Source of the DNA: a virus
Taxonomy: Duplodnaviria; Caudoviricetes
Length of the DNA: 29,193 bases
Strand: one strand, 5' to 3'
Virus record (IMG/VR): IMGVR_UViG_3300035532_000265
Coordinates: 1 to 29,193 of that record
In this document: positions 1 through 8,470 of the stretch, piece after piece
How positions within the stretch are numbered: position 1 is the first letter of the stretch
Layout of the letters: each line of letters opens with the position of its first letter
Made by a program: the position numbers and the translations under genes
The notes under the pieces: generated by a model
What the model saw: the letters and a program-made list of their open reading frames with translations, nothing else
Databases searched by the model: none
Told to the model about the DNA's origin: nothing

Positions 1-46
1 CTTGTTGAACATGCGCCAGTTTCTCTTCCCTTGTATATAATCTCAT
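1..46 (-). CDS. IS66 accessory protein TnpA-like, N-terminal fragment (MRLYTREEKLAHVQQ..., truncated by window edge)
   Basis: ATG at 46 after GGATGGTGA, first ORF inside the IS end. The Y-T-x-E-E-K start resembles IS66 ORF1 HTH proteins. Only 15 codons are visible. Confidence 0.5.
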   Translation of the reverse strand, partial: MRLYTREEKLAHVQQ

Positions 47-127
47 CGACTTCACCATCCTGCTAGAGTTTCCCCCAGTCTAGCAACCATGCTTGTTAGA
101 TGAAATATTGATTTATAGTACGCTTAC
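1..127 (-). mobile_element. IS66-family insertion sequence, left end (runs off the window)
   Basis: Minus strand from base 127 reads GTAAGCGTACTATAAATC; GTAAGCG is the typical IS66 terminus. The sequence turns AT-rich here, the tail ORF loses sense at this point, and a TnpA-like ORF start follows. Confidence 0.75.
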
Positions 128-689
128 AGTACACATGCCCCACTTCATACACCAATTGGTCCAGCAGCTCGCCGCAGGTGATGCTTCCATCCACGCTTCG
201 GGTGACAGGGGAAGTGAGGGAAATGCAATCGGGTGATACGGTGATGCCCGCCCTGCTGCAAATCGCCCCGATCGCCTCGCTGGCCGTGCAGTTGAATAAG
301 TGACGGCCGCTATCGATGAAGGCTTTTCCCAACAGCCGTGTGCCTGTGTCCTCGATGGTGATCGCCAGTGCTTGCTTTCCGCTGTGGGTCAGCGTCCAGT
401 TGTAGCTGGTCGAAAGATACCCGGTGAACAAGGTCTCTGTGCCATCGGTGAAAATGACCTTCACATCTCCTTCTGTGGCGATGATGTCCTCGATTGCAGG
501 GCAAGCCTTATCCAAGAGCAGATCAACCTGATTCGAGGCGCTCTTCAGTCCGGACAGCAGCTGCTGGTGGAAGGTGATCGACCTGCGTGCGATATGCTGT
601 TCGCCGATCGTCTGTACCAAGGAGTGTCCCGCCTCCAGGTCGCCTCCCAGGAAGGTGAGGGTGAGAGAGGGGCTGTGTATGATGCTCAT
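128..689 (-). pseudogene. Tail tip / baseplate hub-like protein interrupted by the IS
   Basis: ATG abuts the tape-measure stop codon. Hub-like segments (LFTGYL, ITIED, ELLDQLVYEVGHVY). The last ~10 residues (CKRTINQYFI) are read from IS sequence. Confidence 0.65.
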
Positions 690-3014
690 CTAGGTTGTCA
701 CTCCGTAGTAGTCCAGCCGCTCGAACTCGCCTCGGATCATCCGGGCGAAGGCGCGCATCCCGTCGCTGCCGACAACCGGTGCCTGCTGGTAGATGTTGAT
801 GGTCACTTGCGTCGCTCCCTGATACCCTGCGTTTCCCACTGCCGTGGTGGTGGAGACCGCGTCGGTTGCCACGCTCCCCTGGTCTGCGATCGCATCGATG
901 TTCGCCAGACGATCACCAAGGCCGCTGAAGGCGTCGCTGGAAAAGGATCCGGGGCTGGATGCATAGCTTTTTTTCCTGAACGGGTGCACCAGGTTGTAGG
1001 CCGCGGTGGCGATGACGGACCCGAGGTACTGCACCCAGCTTCCGAGCCAGGAGAGCAGGTCGGCAACGTACTGCAGCGGGCTCATGAGGATCGTGAACGC
1101 CTTGGCCACCAACAGCAGAATGGGAGAGAAAGCCATCATGATGCCGCTGATGACCTGGAAGACCGGGGCAAGGCTTTGCAATACAGGGGTAAGGACCGCC
1201 ATGAGGATGTTTCCCACCAAGGCGAAGGCTGTGTGCAGCACATCCAAGACCGGCAGGAACAGACTTGCCAAGGTAGTCCCGATCCAGGTGAACACGTCCA
1301 CCAGCGGTTGGAACACCGCCGTGAGCGCCGGCTCCATCACCGAGACGAACCCCTGGAGGATGGTGAGCAGGATGCCCAAGGGAGAGAGGGTATTGAAGAT
1401 GATGTCGATGATCGGCTGCAACGTTGATATAATCGCGGTAACCCCTCCCAGCATCTCGGTGGCCACCATGCCCATAAGGCCTCCGCTTACGTCCCCGAAC
1501 AGGCCGGTGAACACACTTGTCAATCCATCGGAGAGCATCGAGGCGATCTGAGAGCCCATGCGGGTGTCGGTCTGTTTCGTGTTATCGGCTGTCTCAGCAG
1601 TAGAGGCTGCCGTGCCCTCGCCACTGGAGGCGATCTGAGAAAGCAGCTTGGTCTGATTCGCCGCATCAGCCTTCTGGGCGATCGCCTCAAGATCAGGTGC
1701 GACAATCTCATCGAGTGCAGTCTTGAAATCAAGACCGATATCGCCGTACAGGGAAGAGACCATGTCGGCACTATTGAGCACGACCGTCTGGGCGGTATCG
1801 ATTGCATCGGTGAGCGCATCACGCAACAGCGGTCCCAGGTTCTCGAAGCTCTGGTCGGCTTGCTGCTTGTAGAAGGTTGCCTCATCCTTGCTCGCCTGTG
1901 CTCCCATATCAAGGTTTGCCAGCTTGTCACCCAGGCCGAAGAGCTTTCCCACCCAGGTGCCCTGGATCTTGTCCCCCGCCTTGTTGATCGCATTCTGGAA
2001 TGCCCCCAGGATCGCACTTTCGATGTTCAGCGCGATGTAGGTGACCCAGCTGATGATGCCGAGTACTGCATTGCCCAGCAGCTTGGGAATGCTTTCGAAC
2101 ACCGCCTTGAGCATGGTACTGATGACGATGCCGATATTCTGGGCTGTGGTGGTGATGATCAGCTTGAGCGAATCCCATTCGAAGGTACGCTTGAGCAATT
2201 CCCACACGGTCGAGAGCGTCAGCTTGAAAGCTTGGGGCAGGTTCTTCATCACCGCCCCTACGTAGTTGATGAGAGCAGTGAGGTTGGTCTTGATGCCGCT
2301 GAAGGCTACATCGAGGTTACCCAACCACGGACCGAAGTTGTAATCGATGATGCCGCCCACCTGCTGGCGGATGTCTCCCCAGGTGTTCTTCATGTTCGTC
2401 AGGTGCTGGGTGGTATCCCCATCGGCCATCATCGCCGAGTACTCTCCGAGCTTGTCGATCACCTTGTCGACTGCCGCCCCGTGTGCGAGCTCATCGGCGG
2501 TGAGGCCATCGAGCTCGATGCCAAGCTTCCTCAGCTCTCCGGTAGCTCCGGTGTACGAATCCAGCAGGTTCATCATCGAGCCGTTGAGGTCCTTGCCCGT
2601 CACGTTGGACAGGTACACTGCCGCCTCGGAGATGCTTTCAATTTCGTCGGCACTCTTGCCCAGGGCGGCCAACTGGGCGACCATGGATTCGATATCGCCC
2701 TTGCCCGAAAGCGTCTGGCTGCTCAGCCGCTCGACCACGGCGGTAACCTTCTCATACGAGGTGCTGTCCCCCAGAGCAAGTGCGAGTTGCTTGTAGGACC
2801 GTTCGGCTGCGGAGAACTCGGAGAATGTTGCCGATACTGCATTGCCCAGAGCCTTCACTGAAGCGATGATCGCGGTGGCGGCGAAGGCGCCTTTAAGCAC
2901 TCCACCCAGTTTGTTTGCAGCACCCTTGAGGCTTCCCAGGTCGGCTGCGGCTGATTTGACAGCCCCTCCGATATCGTTCTGGCCTTTGATGATGACTTTC
3001 GCTTGTGCTGCCAT
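690..3014 (-). CDS. Tail tape measure protein
   Basis: 774 aa, Ala/Gly/Leu-rich and helical, with amphipathic repeats in the C-terminal half and a VTINIYQ end. Follows the chaperone gene. Start moved to ATG 3014 (RBS AAGGGG). Confidence 0.9.
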   Translation of the reverse strand: MAAQAKVIIKGQNDIGGAVKSAAADLGSLKGAANKLGGVLKGAFAATAIIASVKALGNAVSATFSEFSAAERSYKQLALALGDSTSYEKVTAVVERLSSQTLSGKGDIESMVAQLAALGKSADEIESISEAAVYLSNVTGKDLNGSMMNLLDSYTGATGELRKLGIELDGLTADELAHGAAVDKVIDKLGEYSAMMADGDTTQHLTNMKNTWGDIRQQVGGIIDYNFGPWLGNLDVAFSGIKTNLTALINYVGAVMKNLPQAFKLTLSTVWELLKRTFEWDSLKLIITTTAQNIGIVISTMLKAVFESIPKLLGNAVLGIISWVTYIALNIESAILGAFQNAINKAGDKIQGTWVGKLFGLGDKLANLDMGAQASKDEATFYKQQADQSFENLGPLLRDALTDAIDTAQTVVLNSADMVSSLYGDIGLDFKTALDEIVAPDLEAIAQKADAANQTKLLSQIASSGEGTAASTAETADNTKQTDTRMGSQIASMLSDGLTSVFTGLFGDVSGGLMGMVATEMLGGVTAIISTLQPIIDIIFNTLSPLGILLTILQGFVSVMEPALTAVFQPLVDVFTWIGTTLASLFLPVLDVLHTAFALVGNILMAVLTPVLQSLAPVFQVISGIMMAFSPILLLVAKAFTILMSPLQYVADLLSWLGSWVQYLGSVIATAAYNLVHPFRKKSYASSPGSFSSDAFSGLGDRLANIDAIADQGSVATDAVSTTTAVGNAGYQGATQVTINIYQQAPVVGSDGMRAFARMIRGEFERLDYYGVTT

Positions 3015-3037
3015 ACTCGCTTTCCCCTTATGCAATG

Positions 3038-3060
3038 AAAAAGGCGCCCCATGGACGCCC
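3038..3060 (-). terminator. Intrinsic terminator-like hairpin between chaperone and tape measure genes
   Basis: Minus strand GGCGTCC-ATG-GGGCGCC-TTTTT. Confidence 0.5.
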
Positions 3061-3065
3061 TGTGA

Positions 3066-3688
3066 TTAGTGTTTCTGTGTCATTTTCTTAGCCTGCTCAT
3101 GCACATGCCTCCGGTAGTTGAGCTGAATCAGCTTGAGGATCTGCATGCTCATGTACGGCTGGTCCATGAGAGAACCAGCGAACGGTAGGTGCCTGAAGTC
3201 CCCGCTCTCAGAATCGCAGCAGGGAAGGAAGATATCGGTTATGTAGAAGAGCCAGTGGCCGTACTCGGCGTAGAGCTCTGCGCTTCTTCTTCCGTTGAAG
3301 ACCTCGCAGCAGAGGGATGCGATCTGCCTCCGCTGGTGTCCGCACGGGAAAAAAAAGCGGCATGGGTGTATTCGTTGACGACCTTCACCGTCAGATCCAG
3401 CGACTCGAATACCAGAGAGGCAACCTCGCGGTTGTCCATCTTCTTTTTGGCATCCGCATCCTCGTAGAAGTTGTGGTCAACCAGGATTGAGGGAAGCAGG
3501 TCGCGCAGCAACGTGAGCGTCTGGTTCTCCCCCTGCTCGGAGGCTTCCTTCAGACGGAGCATCTCCAAGGTGGGTAGCTCCTTGAGCACGATGTATGCCT
3601 CATCGTCGGCCTTGAGGCCCACCAGTGTTCCCACTTCAATGCGTACCTTCTGTATGCACGTGTCATAATGTCTTGTCTTGATGAACAT
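3066..3688 (-). CDS. Tail assembly chaperone, gpGT-like -1 frameshift product
   Basis: T8 run at 3349-3356 (GCT TTT TTT TCC). The -1 frame is open to TAA at 3066: FPCGHQRRQIASLCCEVFNG...RHLPFAGSLMDQPYMSMQILKLIQLNY...TQKH. Not in the ORF track. Confidence 0.82.
3239..3688 (-). CDS. Tail assembly chaperone, gpG-like (zero frame)
   Basis: Lies between major tail and tape measure genes. Low-complexity Ser/Thr tail after the slippery site. Confidence 0.85.
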   Translation of the reverse strand: MFIKTRHYDTCIQKVRIEVGTLVGLKADDEAYIVLKELPTLEMLRLKEASEQGENQTLTLLRDLLPSILVDHNFYEDADAKKKMDNREVASLVFESLDLTVKVVNEYTHAAFFSRADTSGGRSHPSAARSSTEEEAQSSTPSTATGSST

Positions 3689-3693
3689 GGTTC

Positions 3694-4653
3694 TTATCCT
3701 CCGTAGGGTGTCGAAATCTTGTCGGTGATCACGATGGTGATGGGCTCCTCGGTGCCCACACTGAGTGCCTCGCCTGCAACGGTGGAGCTGAGTATGCCCG
3801 TTCCCCCGACATTCGCATCCACCTCGCTGATCGCCACATGCGAGAGGGTGATGGTAATGCTGTGCCCTGCACCAGGGGATGAGAAGGTCAGCTGGACAGA
3901 AGCGTTCTCCTCGCTGGTCAGATACTCACCTCTGAGCGTTTCCACTTCGGCGCTGTAGGGGATTTCGAAGTTGATGGTGACGCTGCGTTTGCCATGCTGC
4001 GGTTGTCCTGCATACAAACCTGAGGCATAGGTTCTTGGCGCACTCTCCAGTGCATTGTCGATCTTCAGCGATGCGCTGGTGATGTCGTACGTGCTTCCGT
4101 TGACCGTGAAGGTCGCATTGGTGCACCGGTAGGAGGGGATGGAGAAGCTCTTCAGTGCCTCTTCAATGGTTCCGCTCTCCTCGGTGGTCCCCTTGATATC
4201 GATGCTGCCCTTCACATAATCGCCGGCCGCGCAATCCAGGCTGAGGGCGCTGATGGTGCACCCCGCGTAGCGCTTGATCGCCGCCTTGCGGTCGATGGTG
4301 AAGGTGAGGCTGGGAAGTGCCTCGTTCACATCGCAAAGGCCGATGATGTGGGTGTACGCATCCGTTTCTCCCACCTGGGCGCAGGTGTCTTCTCCCCCCA
4401 GGGCGGCGTGCAGGATGAGACCGGCCGATTCGGGTCGGAGGATGAAGCTCACCGAGCCCTCCACCGTCACCGCCAGAAGATCCCGGTTCGTTGCGGTCTT
4501 GCTTCCCAGCAGCGAGCCCTCATCCCCTTTCTCGACAGCAACCTTGATGCTTTCACTGGTCAGATCGACCAGTGTTGTGGGACTGGCAGCTTGGGCGAAG
4601 GAGCTTTCCTTGCCTGCCTGCAGCCGCGATCCCATTCCTGTGTAAAATGCCAT
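3694..4653 (-). CDS. Major tail (tube) protein
   Basis: MAFYTGMGSRLQAGKESSF start after RBS AGAGAGG (ATG 4653). 319 aa, Thr/Ser/Gly beta-rich, canonical position. Confidence 0.85.
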   Translation of the reverse strand: MAFYTGMGSRLQAGKESSFAQAASPTTLVDLTSESIKVAVEKGDEGSLLGSKTATNRDLLAVTVEGSVSFILRPESAGLILHAALGGEDTCAQVGETDAYTHIIGLCDVNEALPSLTFTIDRKAAIKRYAGCTISALSLDCAAGDYVKGSIDIKGTTEESGTIEEALKSFSIPSYRCTNATFTVNGSTYDITSASLKIDNALESAPRTYASGLYAGQPQHGKRSVTINFEIPYSAEVETLRGEYLTSEENASVQLTFSSPGAGHSITITLSHVAISEVDANVGGTGILSSTVAGEALSVGTEEPITIVITDKISTPYGG

Positions 4654-4676
4654 ATGCGTTTCCTCTCTTGTGGTTT

Positions 4677-5135
4677 CTAGAATTCCTTGGACCACTGCAA
4701 GTCGATGCTCGCCTCGATGGCGGTGACCGTCGCGTTTGCCGTGTCGGCAGGGTAGTAGTCCATGTCGGTGATGCGCGCGTCCTCGATGAATCCTCCCAGC
4801 GTGGGGTCCCCTCGTACGAGTAGGTACAGGGCTCCATACAGTGCGAATACACGTTTGACCAGAATCGCGTTGGGCGCACCCTTGCACAGGAGAAAGATGG
4901 TGGCGCGCATGGTGGCCAGGTCGCTGTTCATGCCCAGCGGCTCGAGGTTCTCATAATCGGGTTGGATGTAGAACATCGTGGGACGTCGCATATTGTCCAC
5001 ATCGGGAAAATCGATCTCAATGTTATTCTCATCGAAGTGCTCGATGGAAATCCCCTCTTCGCTCTCCTGCAAACCGATCAAATCAGTGGCAATCACCGCC
5101 TTGAGCCTTTCGAGCACCTGCATCTCAGTTATCAT
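4677..5135 (-). CDS. Tail terminator / tail completion protein
   Basis: Acidic 152 aa protein just upstream of the tube gene; DPTLGG motif seen in gpU-like proteins. Confidence 0.65.
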   Translation of the reverse strand: MITEMQVLERLKAVIATDLIGLQESEEGISIEHFDENNIEIDFPDVDNMRRPTMFYIQPDYENLEPLGMNSDLATMRATIFLLCKGAPNAILVKRVFALYGALYLLVRGDPTLGGFIEDARITDMDYYPADTANATVTAIEASIDLQWSKEF

Positions 5136-5650
5136 CGTTTACTCTCCTTTTCAATGCGCGCCACCTCCCGCTGTACCAGCTGATCGAGTTTCGTCTTGAA
5201 GGCGGTAGAGCTCAGGTACTTCTTCACCGGAGCGGCTACGAAATCGCGCTCGGGAAGCTTCACCGAGTGCACGCGCACCCATTTTCCGTCCTTCTGGAAT
5301 GTGAGGTATCCTCCATCCTTGGCAGTGATCCTCGCTCCCTTGGCCAGTGCGTAGCCGTAGAATACTTTGGTCTCTTGTGAGGAAGCCTTGGCTTCGACGA
5401 TGACCGCCTTGCCGCTACGGATCACACGGCGGCTGATGCTCTTGTACAGCGCCCCACTTCCTTTGGAGAGCCCGTGGGACTTGTAGGCCTTACGCACCTG
5501 GGCTCTTGCGGCCGTGCCGATGCCGCCCAGGATACGTCGCATCGCCTTGTGCCGCTTCGCCCCCAGACCCTCGAGGTAGGAGAGTGCTTCAGCCAGGTCA
5601 GTCTCGACCGATACGCTTTCAGTGCTGTATCGTTTCCGTCTCTCAAACAT
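5132..5650 (-). CDS. Neck / tail completion protein (HK97 gp10 / virion morphogenesis-like)
   Basis: Basic 172 aa protein, ATG 5650; SGALYKSI and LPERDF motifs fit the TG.L..SI / P.RPF pattern. Confidence 0.7.
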   Translation of the reverse strand: MFERRKRYSTESVSVETDLAEALSYLEGLGAKRHKAMRRILGGIGTAARAQVRKAYKSHGLSKGSGALYKSISRRVIRSGKAVIVEAKASSQETKVFYGYALAKGARITAKDGGYLTFQKDGKWVRVHSVKLPERDFVAAPVKKYLSSTAFKTKLDQLVQREVARIEKESKR

Positions 5651-5651
5651 G

Positions 5652-6197
5652 TCAGAACCCCAGGATGCGCAAGCTGTCCAGCGGTTGGAGGTACTTGCGG
5701 TAGTTGCTGTAATTGATGAACGTGCGGCTGTTGTCGGCAAAGCTCTTGCCTGTCAGGCCGATGTTCCCCCCGGTCTCGCTGAGCATGAGCGTGGCGATGC
5801 GTAGGATCGAGACGACGATCACCGAAGGCATCTGCTCGATTTCCCATCCCGCTGTGAAGCTCACCACGATATTGTCCTCACCGATTGGAAACTTGGTGGC
5901 ATGGTCCACAAAACGGATATGGTCGTCGCATGCGGTTACTAGGGCAGTGTCCACAGCGGTCGTTCCTACGGTGAGCGCTTGGACAGCGGTGATGTTGCGA
6001 CAGGGTAGGTACAGGCGACGGGAACCAGAGCCCGAGGCGACCACATCGGTATACTCCTGCTGCTTCGGATCGAAGCCCAGGTACGAGATCACGATATCCT
6101 CAGCAGTGGACAAGAAGGCGCCCTTGAGCTGCACAGCCTCGCTTGCGTCCTCGTAGTTGCCGCTGTAGGTGTTGAACATGGCGATACTGGCGATCAT
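5652..6197 (-). CDS. Head-tail connector (gp6/gp15-like adaptor)
   Basis: LSTAEDIVISYLG helix, VSFTAGW and MPSVIVVSILRIA motifs; position after capsid genes. Confidence 0.75.
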   Translation of the reverse strand: MIASIAMFNTYSGNYEDASEAVQLKGAFLSTAEDIVISYLGFDPKQQEYTDVVASGSGSRRLYLPCRNITAVQALTVGTTAVDTALVTACDDHIRFVDHATKFPIGEDNIVVSFTAGWEIEQMPSVIVVSILRIATLMLSETGGNIGLTGKSFADNSRTFINYSNYRKYLQPLDSLRILGF

Positions 6198-6222
6198 GCG
6201 CTTCCTCCATCATCAAGGTGAT

Positions 6223-6250
6223 GGACACCCCAGCTCTCACCGGGATGCCC
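6223..6250 (-). promoter_or_regulatory. Stem-loop with GAGA (GNRA) tetraloop after the capsid/decoration genes
   Basis: Minus strand GGGCATCCCGGT-GAGA-GCTGGGGTGTCC pairs over 12 bp including G-U pairs. No U tract, so more likely an mRNA stability element than a terminator. Confidence 0.45.
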
Positions 6251-6266
6251 CCATAATCGTTTACTA

Positions 6267-6515
6267 TCAGCTGGCCATCAGGCCCGCACTCCTGAGCTTA
6301 GCCAGCAGTGCATTGAAATCCAGCACCAGCTCTTCGATGGTGGTAGCCGTGCTATCTGCTTGGCTGGCAGCGGCATTGATGCTGCCACTGGGCAGCCCTT
6401 CGATGATCGCCGCAGGATCGATGGTTACCTTCGAGGTGGCAGCGAGGATCACCTCGCCGCCGATTACAGTTTTCTCACCGCCTTGCTCGCGGTAGTTCTT
6501 GGTGTTATATGACAT
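6267..6515 (-). CDS. Head fiber / capsid decoration protein
   Basis: MSYNTKNYREQGGEKTVIGG start and DFNALLAKLRSAGLMA end; RBS GGGAGG; directly after the capsid gene. Confidence 0.75.
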   Translation of the reverse strand: MSYNTKNYREQGGEKTVIGGEVILAATSKVTIDPAAIIEGLPSGSINAAASQADSTATTIEELVLDFNALLAKLRSAGLMAS

Positions 6516-6527
6516 CAATAACCTCCC

Positions 6528-7730
6528 TTAGGCCTTCTGCTGCAGGACCTTGACGGCCTCGCCGAGGATCAGTCGCCCATCCACACGCTGGGACCCGAGG
6601 AAGCCCACCTGTCCAGTCGGAGCAAACAGTTCGCCCAGGCGCTTGAAGGTACGTCCCTGGCGGTCGGCGATCCAGTAGTACGAGAAGTCCCCGAAGGCCA
6701 GCGTCTTGGCCCCGCTTGCAATTTCGGGCATGTAGGCCGAAGTCTTCACCGGACAGCTGAGGATAGTGTCGGGAGTGCCTGCAGTCAGCGAAGGCTGCCA
6801 GATGTACTGTCCGTTGCCGTCCTTGAGCTTGCGAAGTGCCTTGACGGTGGCATCATTGGTTACCCACACCGCGTTCTTGCGGTACGGACTACGAAGCGCA
6901 TAATACAGGTCGATGACCTCATCGGCATGCAGGGCGGTTGCGGAAGCCGCGTTGACGCCAATTTGAGCACCTCCGGTGGCCGCGAGGATACCCAGCGGCT
7001 TGCCCGATCCGTCCCCGGTGAAGAATGCTGCCTCTTCCTTGGCCCCGATGCGACGGGCGAACTCGGTGGCGATGTAGGATTCGATGTCGAACACGCTGTC
7101 GTTGATGAGCTCCTCGGAGACCTTGATGATCGTGCCCAGCTTGTAGGCGCTGATGGTCACCTGCCCGAAGCTGTCATCGCTCTCAGGATACGTTCCCTCC
7201 TCATCGATCCATGCCGCCTCGCCCTTGGATGCGGAAATGGGGATCTTTCGGTCTCCGCTGGCAGTCTGGATGATCCTGGCAATTGAGCGGAACAGGTTCT
7301 CCTCCTCCAACGCTGTCACGAGGGTGTGTTCGAATTCGTCGGGCACCAGGTAGCCGCCTTCGGTGTCGGTTCCCACCTGCAATGCGTTACGCAGTTCTGG
7401 TGCGTTCTCGCGGCGTCTGAGGTGGTTCCAGAATGCCTTTCGATACTCGTCCGAAGCACGTCCTGCTTTCTTCTCAGCCTTCTGTGCTCCATCGGGGCGA
7501 CTGGTGATCGGAGAGCCCACATGAGCGTTCAGCTCACGCTCGAACGCCTCGATGCGCTCCTGTCGTTCGATCTCGTGGCCCAAATCCACGATCTCCTCTT
7601 CCATCCGTTCGTAGGTGGTGGTATCCTCGGCGCTCAGGATGCCCTTGTCGTTGCGCCTGGAGTCGAGGAATGCCTTTGCCTGTTCCCAGGTCTTCGCGCG
7701 CTGTGCACGCATGTCGTTGATCTTTCCCAT
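6528..7730 (-). CDS. Major capsid protein, HK97 family
   Basis: N-terminal coiled-coil delta domain; GGYLVP, GDGSGKPLGI, LKDGNGQYIW, FGDFSYY, RVDG motifs. Confidence 0.96.
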   Translation of the reverse strand: MGKINDMRAQRAKTWEQAKAFLDSRRNDKGILSAEDTTTYERMEEEIVDLGHEIERQERIEAFERELNAHVGSPITSRPDGAQKAEKKAGRASDEYRKAFWNHLRRRENAPELRNALQVGTDTEGGYLVPDEFEHTLVTALEEENLFRSIARIIQTASGDRKIPISASKGEAAWIDEEGTYPESDDSFGQVTISAYKLGTIIKVSEELINDSVFDIESYIATEFARRIGAKEEAAFFTGDGSGKPLGILAATGGAQIGVNAASATALHADEVIDLYYALRSPYRKNAVWVTNDATVKALRKLKDGNGQYIWQPSLTAGTPDTILSCPVKTSAYMPEIASGAKTLAFGDFSYYWIADRQGRTFKRLGELFAPTGQVGFLGSQRVDGRLILGEAVKVLQQKA

Positions 7731-7741
7731 TGTGTCTTCTC

Positions 7742-8470
7742 CTATTGGGGTTTGATGAGATTCAGTCGTTTCTCGAGCTCGTTAAGCCCGGCTGTGCCTT
7801 CCTCAGGTGGCTCCTGGTCTTCTGCGATTGCATATGTTTCGGTGATCTTGTTCATCAGTGAGAGCTGCGAGGTGCGCATCGAGAATGCATACGATGCCTC
7901 ATTGGACGCTTTCTTCGCGTCCTCGAGGATCGCATCGGCGAAGCCCAACTCGATGGCCTTCTTCGCGTTCATCCACGTCTCGTTGTCCATCAGGTGGCTG
8001 ATCTTCGCCCGGGTGAGGGTCGTCTTGATCTCGTAGGCGTTGACGATGCTTTCCTTCACCTCGTCCAGCATACCGATGGCCTTTTGCATGTCCTGATGGT
8101 TGCCGTAGGCGAGCGTCATGGGATTGTGGATCATCATCAAGGCAGTGGGCGCCATGAGCACCCTCGTGCCAGCCATCGCGATGACCGAAGCAGCACTTGC
8201 TGCGATCCCGTCGATCTTCACCGTGATTGCTCCCGGATAATCCATGAGCATTGCGTAGATGCGACTCGCTGCGATACAGTCCCCACCGGGGCTGTTGATC
8301 CAGATGGTCACCTCGCCGCTGTCGGCGAACAGCTCATCCTTGAACTGCTCGGGGGTGACATCATCATCGAACCAGCTCTCCTCAGCGATCGTGCCCGAAA
8401 GCTCAAGGATTCTCGCTCTGCCTTCGTCTTCGCTCTGGTTTTTCCATTGCCAGAACTTCTTGTTCTTCAT
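7742..8470 (-). CDS. ClpP-type prohead maturation protease
   Basis: INSPGG, GIAASAASVIAMAG, MMIHNP, ETWM..AIELGFAD motifs. Start ATG 8470 with RBS AGGAGG. Confidence 0.95.
   Translation of the reverse strand: MKNKKFWQWKNQSEDEGRARILELSGTIAEESWFDDDVTPEQFKDELFADSGEVTIWINSPGGDCIAASRIYAMLMDYPGAITVKIDGIAASAASVIAMAGTRVLMAPTALMMIHNPMTLAYGNHQDMQKAIGMLDEVKESIVNAYEIKTTLTRAKISHLMDNETWMNAKKAIELGFADAILEDAKKASNEASYAFSMRTSQLSLMNKITETYAIAEDQEPPEEGTAGLNELEKRLNLIKPQ

Noticed and set aside
8403-8470. 68-nt portal/ClpP overlap as a possible frameshift or fusion
   Set aside because: ClpP has its own RBS and ATG, there is no slippery site, and such overlaps are common.
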